A stretch of DNA of 64,000 nucleotides. It comes from Podarcis tiliguerta (lineage: Eukaryota). Positions within the stretch are counted from its first letter, which is position 1. Every line of letters begins with the position of its first letter. Shown here in pieces: positions 51,366-63,723 of this stretch. The translations under genes were made by a program, and so were the position numbers. Under the pieces are notes generated by a model, which worked only from the letters and a program-made list of their open reading frames with translations, had not been told where the DNA came from and did not search any database. The stretch is taken from NCBI GenBank assembly GCA_965153285.1, contig OZ229110.1. The stretch is one strand, 5' to 3'.

Positions 51366-52082
51366 TAGGGTTACCGGTTCCTGGGGACAGTCACCAGATT
51401 TGCAAATCTGTCCCTGGACAAATTGCATCCCCAGAATTGCAAATCTGTCCCCGGGAAATGTGGCAGTGGCAGCCTCAGCAGCCCAGGGCCAGCCTGGTAG
51501 CGTAGTTGGCTCTGGCTGGCTTCAGGAGCTGCTCGCTGCTGCCGCCACTGCCGAAGGGGAACCAGGGACATCTGGCGGTGCAGCTCTCCTGCCCCCTTCC
51601 CCCTTTGTTTTGACAGATCGGGGGAGGCTTAGGAGTCATGGGTGGGCACTGCCCAGGAGGGTCGCAAGACGCATGGTTTCTCTGCCAGGCAAGGTGCAAA
51701 GCTCTTCCTTTGCACCCTATGAAACATAAATGTGCAGAGTTTTTTTAAAAAACAAACAAACTGGGCAACAGCCACCCGCCTGTGACTCCCAGGCCTCCCC
51801 AGATCAGTCAAAACAAAGGAGGAAGGGGGCAGGAGATCAGGGGAGGCTCAGGAGTTACGGGCAGGTGATGCGCCATTGCCCAGTTCTTTTAAAACTGCAC
51901 ATTTATGTTTCACAGGGTGCAAAAGAAGGGCTTTTCACCTTTATACAATATGCATGTGTGCTGGGGCCCAGAGTCTTTTGCCTCACCATCCCCACTACTG
52001 ACTCCCTGTTGGTACTCAGCGTCAAATAAAAAATAAAAAAACGTGTCCCCAGATTCATTGAAAAAAAATTCTGGTAACAATA
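51366..52082. mobile_element. hAT (Blackjack-like TIR) non-autonomous element, GC-rich, with long internal inverted repeats
   Basis: TIR tagggttacc / ggtaacaata, subterminal ctggggaca / tgtccccag. 8-bp flank tcttatga at 51358 and 52089. Confidence 0.72.
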
Positions 52083-54541
52083 TCTTAATCTTATGAGTCC
52101 TCTGCATTGTCCTCTAGTCACAGTTTTCACTGCCGGAAGGTGTTAAGGCAGCAAGAGGGAGAGTGGGTGGAAACAAACACTAAAACTAAATTTGTCCCAT
52201 ATTAACTTGAAACATCCTTGATTTTTGATATATTTGGTTCATTCCCCGGATGACCCATTAGAATGAAGGCTGTTCTGGGAGGTGGTCCAACATCATCTCA
52301 GATGTGTAGGTTTTGGAGATTGTTCAAAAGGGCTGCTCCATGGAATTTGAAACCACCCCAAGGTCAAGTCAGTTTATTTAGGCAGAGTTTATCAGCAAGA
52401 AAAGGAGAGATCCTTTCCTAAGGTTCTCAGACATATCACCATAGTACATACGACATCAATGTGGTAAATCTGGAATATTTTTTTAAGCTTTTCTAAAGCA
52501 TTCTGGGCATCAATAAAAGTCTAAGTAATTTATTGTTAAGCAGGTAAATGCATGAAAACATACACATTCCACATCAATAGCATTCTAGAAAATAATTCGT
52601 TAGATTACCTCAAAAAGCAAAGTAGACTTTTACTGTGTTAGATATTGAGCCCCACTGCAATGTTTTTTTCCTTATACCTGCTGTTAGATCAAATGACATG
52701 ACTTTAAAGTAAGAGCCTTTGCTAAGTCAACTACCATCTCATCTTCTCGTTTAAAAACAGCAGGATATCCCATCATGTCTACGGTTTAATTAGATGGTAT
52801 TTTGATCATCATTCACACTCCTTAATGATCAATACCCTTGTTTTAAGTTTGTACAAAATTTGGCCTTCAAATGAAAGTTCATGCTTTTGTCACTACTGCA
52901 TCCAATATAGATACTTCATTCTTGTGTTAGCTATAGGCTAATCGTATTAAAAGTCCAACTGACTTTAAATACATTCCTTTGTATAAAATTAAGGATCTTG
53001 TTCAAATCAATGAGTAGAAGTTAAAAATGTCTCCAAGCACATAGTTCTGGTTCGGAGGGTTAATAAAAGGTGAACAATGTAGCATCTGTGTACAACTTAG
53101 CCCTAAAAAATAAGCATCTTTGTCTTCGCATCACTGGTGAAATAAAAAAGATGATGCATTGCAGGGGGTGCAATTAGGATTAGGGTACAGTCAGTATGGA
53201 GTCATGGCTGACCCCATGAATTTGTATGAACCACAAGTCTGTGAGCACGTGTTTGACTCATTTCCACTGAACAGATTTAAATGGGCATGTATAACATAAT
53301 TGCAGACATCTAAAACCCTACTTTAGCTATGTCCATAACTGGGAATCCTCTGTGGAGTTTTTGACATTATATATTATTGAACAACAAATCCTGATTGCAC
53401 ACTATAGGCTGCTTCTTAGTATCCTCCCTGTTTCAAAAATAGTTGGTGTGTAGCTGCTGGGGTGATGTGCTGAGCATGTGTATTGCCACAGTCCTTGGCC
53501 TTAGTGTCACTTTTAAGTGTGCCCCCAACACCTTGACTGCAGAAAAGCCCCATGTTACTGATCTCAGGGTAAAGAATTAATTTAAATTAATCACTCTATT
53601 AATAAACAAAGAGCAGATAAAACAATAAATACGCAGCAACAATCTTAACATGGAGAGTGGCTGACTATTATAGTATTACACTGTAAAGTTATCAATTCAG
53701 AACGCCTGAGAAAATAACCAGGTATTGAACCTGGCACCGGAACAAAGCCAGGCTGTTTCTCAGTTTTCGGTCTTTCAACTTGATGGTTATTTCGAACTAC
53801 TGTGTTTGAAGGCCTTCCCTATTCACTTAATAGGGAGTTGCAAATACTATATAGCACAAATAGCTGCTTGGTTGGAGCAGACCCTTCGCTGTAGTGATAC
53901 ATATTTTTATTTTTTGGGACACTATTGACATTTGATTGTGGCCAGAAAACACAGAGATTTATTTTGCTACATTTCATAATGTAGCCAAAACAGGTTAGGA
54001 TGCAAGCATTGTCATTTACATGAAGGACGTGCTTCTATAGCAATTGCCCTTGGTTATTTTATTTTGATGAACTCAACTTGGAGAATTTCTGAAGTAGCTT
54101 GAAGTGAAATACTAAATGTTGTCTGTGTACATGGGCATGAATGTACACACACACTTATATAATGTATTTCCTGGTGATTTTCAGATGGGCTAATATTGAA
54201 CTAGTTTTTTGTAATGGAACCAAGGTTTTGAACCAGCTGAGCATCAGTGAACTTAAATTTGTTTCATCCTAATGGAAGATAAGATAGACTCTGCTGTACA
54301 GAAATGTGGTGTCAGAGAGTGCAAAGATGGGAACCTGGTACAAGAGAGAGTGGTTTGTTTTTTTAAGGATGTTTGTATCTATAGAAAAATTGCCATATGA
54401 AGCACTAGTTGTGCATCTCATATTTAAAAATCCCAGCATGTGAACAACAGGGGTTAAAAAAGGATGAATATCTTTGCACCTTAATGGGAGAACTGTTTCT
54501 GTAATGGTATCAAAGATAAACCAGTGTATTATGAACACTAA

Positions 54542-55256
54542 NNNNNNNNNNNNNNNNNNNNNNNNNNNNNNNNNNNNNNNNNNNNNNNNNNNNNNNNNNN
54601 NNNNNNNNNNNNNNNNNNNNNNNNNNNNNNNNNNNNNNNNNNNNNNNNNNNNNNNNNNNNNNNNNNNNNNNNNNNNNNNNNNNNNNNNNNNNNNNNNNNN
54701 NNNNNNNNNNNNNNNNNNNNNNNNNNNNNNNNNNNNNNNNNNNNNNNNNNNNNNNNNNNNNNNNNNNNNNNNNNNNNNNNNNNNNNNNNNNNNNNNNNNN
54801 NNNNNNNNNNNNNNNNNNNNNNNNNNNNNNNNNNNNNNNNNNNNNNNNNNNNNNNNNNNNNNNNNNNNNNNNNNNNNNNNNNNNNNNNNNNNNNNNNNNN
54901 NNNNNNNNNNNNNNNNNNNNNNNNNNNNNNNNNNNNNNNNNNNNNNNNNNNNNNNNNNNNNNNNNNNNNNNNNNNNNNNNNNNNNNNNNNNNNNNNNNNN
55001 NNNNNNNNNNNNNNNNNNNNNNNNNNNNNNNNNNNNNNNNNNNNNNNNNNNNNNNNNNNNNNNNNNNNNNNNNNNNNNNNNNNNNNNNNNNNNNNNNNNN
55101 NNNNNNNNNNNNNNNNNNNNNNNNNNNNNNNNNNNNNNNNNNNNNNNNNNNNNNNNNNNNNNNNNNNNNNNNNNNNNNNNNNNNNNNNNNNNNNNNNNNN
55201 NNNNNNNNNNNNNNNNNNNNNNNNNNNNNNNNNNNNNNNNNNNNNNNNNNNNNNNN
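54542..55256. other. Assembly gap (N)
   Basis: Run of n. Confidence 0.99.
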
Positions 55257-56194
55257 CTGAGGGTTTAAACCAAAGTCGCCTTAATAGGGTTGTACATATT
55301 TCAAATGTATTACATGTAGTTATGTAGATGATTTTTTTTTAAGTGAAGCCTCTAAAAGCCCAGAAGTAAAGGATGATCTGTCCTTTTAAAATGTAATCAC
55401 CCACTTGGGTTTTCTCACTTTCAGTTCTGACCAAAGGATCCACAGTTTATTAAAGCTCTTTGTGCTTGCTGTATCAATCCAATGTATAGAGAAATTATTT
55501 CCATGTTGTCAAGGAAACATGAATGTCAGTAGGTAAAGATGTACTACTTGGCAGTGTTGTTTACTGTTTGAGGACCTACTAAACCAAAAACTATTTTAGA
55601 TGCCGACTGACCCTCAAGTAAGTAGAGTTAAGAAAACGTTGCTCCTAAGCCAAGAGTGACATCTGCTCCATGGCTTGCTGTTCGTTTACATGGTGGGTAT
55701 ACTACACCAGTGCAAACTCTTGTGACCCCCAAGGCTTCAGGGAGCAGGAAAATCTCTGCAAGCACATTACTGCACAAATCCCTGTTGAAACAGAGTGGAC
55801 CAAGCAATGTACATTCTGCAGACCTGCTCACATGAAACTTAGTGAGCACCCGTAATCCCGTATAAACACCAAAATGTGAAGCTCTGCAGGCTTCCCATCC
55901 ACTGGAGGGACCACAGCAGGCAAAAAGGAACTTGGCAGGGGTCTAGGGGTTTCTACAGATGTTTCATTCGCTTGGGCTGCAGTTGCCCAGAATCAAGCCC
56001 CATTGAACTCTGTTGGGCATACTTCTCAGAAAACCGCATGCGATTGCACCGTTTAAGGGGCTTATGGATAAGAAGGGTGCATATTAATTAAGTATTTGGT
56101 GGAAAAATAGTACCCGTTAAAAAAACAGCAACTATGTACCATATTATTTAATTTGCTATAGTAGATAGATCCTCCATTTTCAAATTGTTTAGGT

Positions 56195-56329
56195 CGGGCA
56201 TAGGCAAACTCGGCCCTCCAGATGTTTTGGGACTACAACTCCCATCATCCCTAGCTAACAGGAGCAGTGGTCAGGGATGGTGGGAGTTGTAGTTCCAAAA
56301 ATCTGGATGGCCGAGTTCGCCTATGCCTG
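56195..56329. mobile_element. Palindromic hAT MITE, full length
   Basis: TIR (c)gggcataggcaaactcggcc / ggccgagttcgcctatgcctg. 8-bp TSD gtttaggt / gtttagga. Confidence 0.85.
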
Positions 56330-56936
56330 GTTTAGGATAATAATGTGGACAAGTGGCAGGAGATAGTCCTGTTGGGGGGTTACAGTCTACCCTCACTTGG
56401 ATTTTTAGAGGGAGATGCATTCTTCTGTTTCATTACATTTTTGTAATACACCAGGGAAACGTCACTTAAGAGTGGAAGGAAAGCTGTGTCAGGGCATGTC
56501 CCCATTAAGAGTAAGACTCTGACATTGCAAACGTATAAATTTAGACTTATGCTTATCAGAATAAAAATATCCCTGAAATGTCACGTTTCATCAGTTATAA
56601 ATCAGGGTGTTGTGAATCCTGTGAACAGTGCAGGAGCTTTAGGTTAGAATCCTATAGATACTTTCCAGTGGGTAACTTCTCCATTGAACTCAATAAGTCT
56701 TCCTTCTTAAAAGACTTTAATGGGAGTTCATTATAAATTTGTGTGATCCTTGCTTATGGCTTGGAACTGGAAATGTCTTGCATGAATGGGGCACTCAAAC
56801 TAAGTTCTACTCATAGCAGACCCATTGGAGTCAATGGACCTAAGTTTCTCATGTCCATTGATCTACTCTGACTAGCATTGGGTACAACCCCATGTTTTGA
56901 CCCAAGCAGTAAAGTAAGAGTCCTGAATACCTCTTA

Positions 56937-57250
56937 AAGGTAAAGGTACCCCTGCCCATACGGGCCAGTCGTGACCGACTCTAGGGTTGCACGCTCATCT
57001 CGCTCAAGAGGCCAGGAGCCGGCGCTGTCCGAAGACACTTCCAGGTCACGTGGCCAGTGTGACGAAGCTGCAACTGGCGAGCCAGCACCAGTGCCGCACA
57101 CAGAAATGCAGTTTACCTTCCCACTATAAAGCGGTACCTATTTATCTACTTGCACTTACTTGCACCCCGCCACGGGGATTCAAACCGCCGACCTTACAAT
57201 CAGCAAGTCCTAGGCACTGAGGTTTTACCCACAGCGCCACTCGCGTCCCT
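56937..57250 (-). mobile_element. Sauria SINE, divergent subfamily with an internal deletion
   Basis: aaggtaaaggtacccctg tail, ggtacctatttatctacttgcac core and cacagcgccactcgcgtccc head. Perfect 13-bp TSD tgaatacctctta at 56924 and 57251. Lacks the ttcgaactgctaggttggc segment. Confidence 0.85.
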
Positions 57251-57309
57251 TGAATACCTCTTAGGAAGGTACAAATTTCACAGTGTTCCAGTTGCAGCAT
57301 GCAAGTAGA

Positions 57310-57445
57310 GAGTGCTTTTTTTCCCGGGGGTCCGCATACCCCTAAACATTTTGTGAATCTAGGTTTGGCCTCATTGAGGGGCAGTATTTCAATATGAGTA
57401 GGAAAATGAGAGTACCCCTAAACATACTTTTTTTAAGAAAATAAA
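57310..57445. mobile_element. Short MITE-like repeat with an internal direct repeat tacccctaaacat
   Basis: agtgcttttttt start and two copies of tacccctaaacat. The right TIR is missing. Confidence 0.5.
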
Positions 57446-57569
57446 ATAAATAGGTAAAGCCAAACTTGAGTCTCCAGCTGTTGCTGGACTGCAACTCCTA
57501 TCATCCTTGACAACTGGTCATGCTGGCTAGGGAAGATGGGAGTTACCAGGAGGTAAGCAATAAAAAAGC

Positions 57570-58560
57570 TTGGACTGCGAGCTTCCACATTGAATGGTTA
57601 TACTTTTTTTCTGAATGTCTGCTTCAGCTTATATGCAGAGTTCCGCATTCCAAGTGGAATGACCATCTGATTTGTGAGAGGATGGTTGGGGTGGGGCAGT
57701 GCCAGCTAGGAAAGATGCCGCAAACCATGACACTTCATTTCTGTTAACGCTGACTTGCTGCTGGCTTTGGAGAAGTCTCTTAACCTTCCAGTGCCTGTTC
57801 ACTCCATTTGTGAAACGGAATGAATAATCTTGATGAGAATTCATATGTAAGGTATTCAAAGTATCGGAGGAAGGCTTCTTATGTGATTCAGCAGCGGTGT
57901 TTGTCCTTGGCACTACAGCAATAAGAGAAATAAGTTGTCAAAATGGAGTAGTGTCAGCCACATTTTTCCCCCTTCTGCGGATTGCGTGTTTTATTTATCA
58001 ATGTGAACTACAACATATAATCTCCTTTGGAAAGAGTTTTTGCTACAAGAAGAATAATGGCCGCATACTCAGCAGGCTGCAGTGGGATGAGATAGCATGC
58101 TTGCAGCATTTCTTTGCAACATAATTGCAGCATCAATGAACCATGAATTCAACCTAATTAACATAACTGGAACCACTGCAATCATGCTGCCATTCAATTT
58201 ACTTTTTGAACGTTCTGGTGAAGTGTCAGGGTTGCATTATTTTCTATTGAAACTCTGCCGAGTCCTGTCCACTATGAATTGTTCAGCTGCTTTCCTGCCT
58301 CGATTTAAAAAATTTTTTGCTTCTAAACTTAGTTACAGTTTGATTAATTTTTTGGAGGAAGGGGAGATTTCATTGGCCAAGTGAGTTGATCTATTGAACT
58401 ATAAATACTTGTTGTTACTTCCGCTTTGGTAAATAATTGAATATTTTGATGTACAGAACTCAAGGTAGCAAATACAGGGTTGGCAATACCTTGACAATTT
58501 ACCAGTTTGATTAAAGTCAGCAAATTGTGTCTAGGCTTGGTAGTCAACAATGGTTTCCAT
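57570..58560. promoter_or_regulatory. Candidate highly conserved non-coding/enhancer block
   Basis: Repeat-free, 14 CpGs counted in 57570-58430 in an otherwise CpG-poor intron, homeodomain-type sites ctaattaa and tgattaat. Conservation not verified. Confidence 0.45.
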
Positions 58561-58642
58561 TAGACAGGAGAAATGAACTAACAGTGCCACTGGGAACATG
58601 CAGAGAATTTTCACTAAGCATGGGCACTTTCTCTCACTGTGT

Positions 58643-58722
58643 TGGCTGATATAGCTCAGTTGGTTAGTACAAGGTGCTGATAATGCCAAGGTTGCAGGTT
58701 CAATTCCCATAAGGGACAGCTG
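58643..58722 (+). mobile_element. tRNA-Ile-derived SINE head (truncated, not a functional tRNA)
   Basis: tagctcagttggttagtacaaggtgctgataatgccaaggttgcaggttcaattcccataagggaca. Stems are mismatched and it matches the family at 20657. Confidence 0.65.
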
Positions 58723-60127
58723 CTGTTAGAGGGATTGTGCTCTGAGAGCCTACTCCACAATTTTCTGTTGCAACATGTAGGAGTTAATTCACAGACTTGA
58801 GCATAAGAAGTTTGAAAACTACTACTTGAGATATAAGAACGACCTCCAGCCGGAATATATTTTATTTGTATGGTAATAATTAAGTCTGGAAGCAATTAAA
58901 CAGCATGTGCCAAATGAAGCCAGCTTAATCTCTGGAAAGGACAATGCATTGTTCTGGGGGTGGGGGTGCAGAATCTAAACCAGTATTCTTGGTATTAAAA
59001 TGTTGAAAGAAGCTGTCAATAGGCAAGAATGTCAGCTTTTATCAGTGCGAATGACAATGTATCAGTGTCATAAATTCAGCATTAAAATGGTATAAGAGCA
59101 AACAAGGAAAGACAACAACATTGAAACAGCATAACAGGCAACTGGGCTGCAAACTTGTTCCTAACTTGTTACATATACAATGTCTTGTGGCATTGAGTTG
59201 ACTGGGTGCAAGATCTCAGCCCTGGCGCTTAAGAACCATGTTTATTTACTTATTTGTTATTTAGTAGTTTTATATGTCGCTTTTTTACTTCAGTCCTCTT
59301 AATTGTACAGCTCTTTTTAATAAATCCATTACATTTCACAAATGTTGTGAACCACAAATGTTGTGAACCAAAATAAAGCCAGTGCAGCTGGAGCCAGGAG
59401 CAGGAGCAAGCACCCAGAGGTATTTGTGTCTGATCTCCACTCCTACCTCTTAAAGCTGGATTCCTTTCAGCAGAGCAGTTGGCCCCAGAAGGCCCTGTGA
59501 TGATGGGCGAGGGAAGCATCTAGCAGAGAAGGGGTCTAATGCTGCCTTCCTCTGTGTATTATTTATTTATTTATTTGAGAGATTCATGTACTGCCCTTTG
59601 TCGAAAGGCCATGGACCAAGTTTACGACACAGCAACCTAATGAAATGCCATGTACATAGGTATCATAATAGCTCAAACACAAAAAGTTAAAACAGTTGTA
59701 TAAATGCCACTCAGAATACTAGATAATATCAAATTATTCAAAGTATAAATCCGGTAATAAACTGAGTCCTTGTGAAATACAATCTACCTTTCAAAAAGGA
59801 CTCAAGAACTTACTTGGAAGAATAAAAGCAGTTTACATGCAGACCTGAAGGGCATAGAGGTACTTGGCACTTGCTTTGCTTTGTTTCAATAACACAAGGC
59901 TGAGGAAAATGTGGCCCTCCAGATATTGGGCTCTAAGTCCCTCCAGCCCCAGCCATCATGGCCAGTGATCAGGAGCGATGAGGGTTGTAGGCCAATGCCC
60001 TTCCCACCTCTGCAGATACAAAAGAAATACAACCTGGTGAAATCAGATCCGGTGTTTATAGGTCAAACTTGGTCCTGATTTGCAAGTTATCAAAACAATA
60101 TGGCAGCTGTTCCCATATGGTCTAGAG

Positions 60128-60250
60128 CAGGGTTTCCCAAACTTAAATCCACCAGCTGTTTTTGGACTACGATTCCCATCGTCCTGCTAGCTAGGGATGA
60201 TGGGAGTTTTAGTCCAAAACCAACTGGAGACCCACGTTTGGGAAACCCAG
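60128..60250. mobile_element. Palindromic hAT MITE
   Basis: TIR cagggtttcccaaac / gtttgggaaacccag. Perfect 8-bp TSD gtctagag (Charlie-type NTCTAGAN target). Confidence 0.88.
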
Positions 60251-61714
60251 GTCTAGAGGCTCTCATCCTGCATTGATCTCATAAGTTGCGAATGGATCTT
60301 AGCATGACATGTAGGAGCTGCCAGATTGTGTCTGGAGTTTTGTAAGGCTTGGTGTACCGCATCCTTTTGCTGCTCTTCGGCCCTGTGCTGGAGTGCTATG
60401 TTGAAAGCTGGAATCCAACGGTATCTGCTATCTGATTCTTTTAATTGATGGTGCCAGGCATTGGATCAGTGACTTTTTTGCAGGCGGATCATGTGCCCTC
60501 CCACTGAACTAAGTGTCAGGATCGCTTGAATTACTAATAAATCTTTTTGAGCAGATTTTAGTATCAGTCTGAAGCTCTGCATCCCAGTTCAGCGGACAGC
60601 CAAAGCCAACAGTGATTCTTGAGCCCCTTTCTTCTTCAGTGTAGTCGTTCTAAAGCTCCTTCCTGATCTTGCATAGTGAAGTAAGCAACATTAAAGTGCC
60701 ATTTTAGTGAACTTTGTCACTTATGGGGCATGCTATATTCGGTTGTGTGTGTGTGGTTTTTTTTTTAAAAAAAAAAAACAGCCCACAAACTTCAGTATTA
60801 ACTCAAATAGGAATCATTTCTAGGCATCTTTGAATATATTCCCCAGAATGTAGTCTGATTTTTGGAGCATGGCACAAAGCTTCTCAGCCAAGACACATCT
60901 TAAAAATAGAGAATTGATTTGAAAAGTCTGTTTCTTAGTTACATTGGCTGCTCTCCTCAAACCAGAGTTCAGAGTAGTCCCATTGAAGTGGTCTGAGGAT
61001 TGCAACCATAGCATCAAAACATTATTCAGAGCACGTCAGAGAGGCTTTTTGGCTTTCCGTTGTTTTTATTTCCATTTCCATACTTTCTTTTGTTTTTATT
61101 TTTGCTTGTATCCAATTGTATGGCTCCTCGGTAACATTGGTTTCGTTTGCTTATGTTATTAATACCGAAGTTAAAATGTTGAAATACTTTTCTTCTCTTC
61201 TGATACTTAATGCCACTTCTTTTCAGTTAAATTGTACGGTGATTGTTGCTTCTTTGGTTCCGAAAACTTCGATGTTTTTGTTTTGTTTCTCAACCAGTTT
61301 CTCAACCAGTTGCATGTGGAAGGAAGGCTGTGCAAGCCCCACATGCCTTCCTTCCACATGCACAGTTATGCACAGCTGCCTCAACCCTGCCCTGGAAACC
61401 ATCCAGTGTTTAAGAAGAAAGCATATGCAGACCCACTGCCCATCATACTGCAGCTGATTCACTAGGACACTCCATTTGTGTCCATCAGGCATCCAGTCAT
61501 GAGTAATAATTAGGGATGGCTCCAGCATTTGATCAAAGGCCCTGGGAGGAATAAGTGCTCTTGCTCAAATCCCTGAGAGCAGGATCAGAGCAAACACATG
61601 CCTGTGAGCAAGTCTCTTTTTGTCCCAAACCACCACTTTTAACTTCCTCTTCCTCCTGCTCAATGGAAGACAATTTACATTTGGCCCAGCAAAAGGGAAA
61701 GCAGAGGCAATGGC

Positions 61715-62290
61715 CACAGATACCTAGCGGAGAGCATTCCGCAAATTGTTGCCACAAAGAAGTCCTGTTCTTGTCTTGCCACCCTCCAGACCTCTAGTGG
61801 AGGAGGCACATAAAGAAGGGCCTCAAGGTGATGATTGTAGGGTTCAGATTGGTTCATATAGGGAGAGGCAGTTCTTGAGGTACTGCAGACCTGAGCCATT
61901 TATGACCTTATAGGTCAAAACCAGTGCTTTGAATTGAGCCCAGAAATTAATTGGCAGCCAATGTAGTTGGGCCAGGATTTGTGCAATATGTTCAAACTGC
62001 CTTGTCCTACCAAATTCTCAACCAGCTGGAGTGTCCAAACTGTCTTCAGAGGCAGCACTACATATAATGTGCTGCGGTAGTCTAAACCTAGAGGTTACCA
62101 GAGCCTGTAGAACAGAAGTTAGGCTATTCCTGTCCAGATAGGGACGCAGCTAGGCTATCAGCTGAAGCTTATGGAAAGCACATTGCACCGCTGAGGCCAC
62201 CTGAGCCCCAAGCCGAGAGCAAAGAATCCTAAGCTATGTACCTGCTCCTTCAGAAGGAGTGTAACCCCATTAAGAGCAGGCAGCCTCCCT
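61715..62290 (-). mobile_element. Degenerate L2 LINE ORF2 3' fragment
   Basis: ttggcagccaatgtagttgggccaggat (ILAQLHWLP on the minus strand), gaccttataggtcaaaacc (VLTYKV) and gtagtctaaacctagaggttaccag (LVTSR..DY-like). Confidence 0.75.
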
Positions 62291-63612
62291 CCCATCCATC
62301 CGATCTAGGGTTCGAAGGGTGTGGCATAATGCAAAATTGCTCCATGGCGTCACATAATGGCAACCGCGAGGTTCTAATGCAATGCAAAATAGCCGCCGTG
62401 TTGGGGGGGGGGGCGGAAATAGCTATCATATCTAAAAAAAAAACAAGAAAAGAGAAGGGAACACAAAATGGTGTGGATGTGCCTTGCTCCCTATCTCATG
62501 CATTGTAGATCTTTGAGGGGATGTTTACAGAGAGCTTTCGTGAGCACCATAGAAGGTACTGATGAATGCACAGGTGCTCCTGAGCATTGGATTGTCGACC
62601 TGTAATATATTCAGTTGAATGCTAAACTCTGTGCTACAATTTAGAGCTGATGATACACATTTTCTATGTATCTTTGTTAAATTTGCAGGGATAAAGCTAT
62701 ATTGCATTATTTTAAGTTTTCCATACTTGAGATTAGAAATGTTTCTCTCCTTTTCCATTTTAAAACTATTTTCCTGTGAAAATTTTCCTAAAACAACAGA
62801 CCTTCAACCCAGCTGCAGCCTATTGATTGCTCCAATATAATTAAAGATAACGAAGTCATATTGTGAAATAAGACACTTTAAAAAAAACCCCACCTCGTTT
62901 CCGCCATAGGTGAAAAAAGTCGGCGAGTTGAAACGTATAGCTCTCAGGAATGCTATTCTACAAAACAGCTCAACTACACTTGGATTTTAAATTGCAGTAG
63001 CAATTTGGAAAAGGTTTTCAGACTGGAGCTATGTTAAATGTTAATAGCAAAATTGAGGTACTTTTTTTCTTTGATCTCTTCCTTGGCTTCTATAAAATAA
63101 TGGAATCCAAACCAAGTGCCATTTATATATACACCTCCTTCTTTTGATCTTGTCATGCAGGAAGTGGGAAGCAGGGAGGTTGCCTGGCCCTCGTGCTCTT
63201 TCAGGTGAAGGCCCTATGCTGTTTTAGAAAGTTTTGTTTTGTAGCGCTTTTTTTTTGCAGGAATTTTCAGTTGTATGGTATACTCTTCAGTATTCGGAAG
63301 AGATAGCAGTATTAAGTCAAGTTTTGAATTTGGAACAGATAGCAGTGTTAAGTTCCTGAGTTTGCAAAGCTATTCAGTACAATCTCCCCCACTCACTTAG
63401 CATTTGTCACTTCTAGCACAGACCTTCCTCCCCAAAGGAATACTATATACCCATCACACATTTTCAATACTCTGCCTTGTAACAAGGAGAGGCAGTAATG
63501 ATGACCACTGCTATGGGTAGGGTGAAAGGCAGGGAGTCTACACAGTAGGTGGAGCCAGAACCAATGAGAGGCAGAGCCAGCTAATTCTGGTTTTGCACCC
63601 ACCCTCCTTTCC

Positions 63613-63723
63613 TGTTGTTGTTGCTCAGTCGTTTAGTCGTGTCCAACTCTTCGTGACCCCATGGACCAGAGCTCGCCAGGCACTCCTGTTTTCCACTGCC
63701 TTCCGCAGTTTAGTCAAACTCAT
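63613..63723 (-). mobile_element. BovB (RTE-clade) LINE 3' end
   Basis: (tgt)n-gctcagtcgtttagtcgtgtccaactcttcgtgaccccatggaccagagctcgccaggc...agtttagtcaaactcat, the Bov-A-like 3' terminus in antisense. Confidence 0.85.

Noticed and set aside
58643-58722. Possible tRNA-Ile gene (and tRNA-Lys-like sequence at 16090-16157)
   Set aside because: Acceptor and anticodon stems are mismatched and the sequences match SINE heads seen elsewhere in the window.
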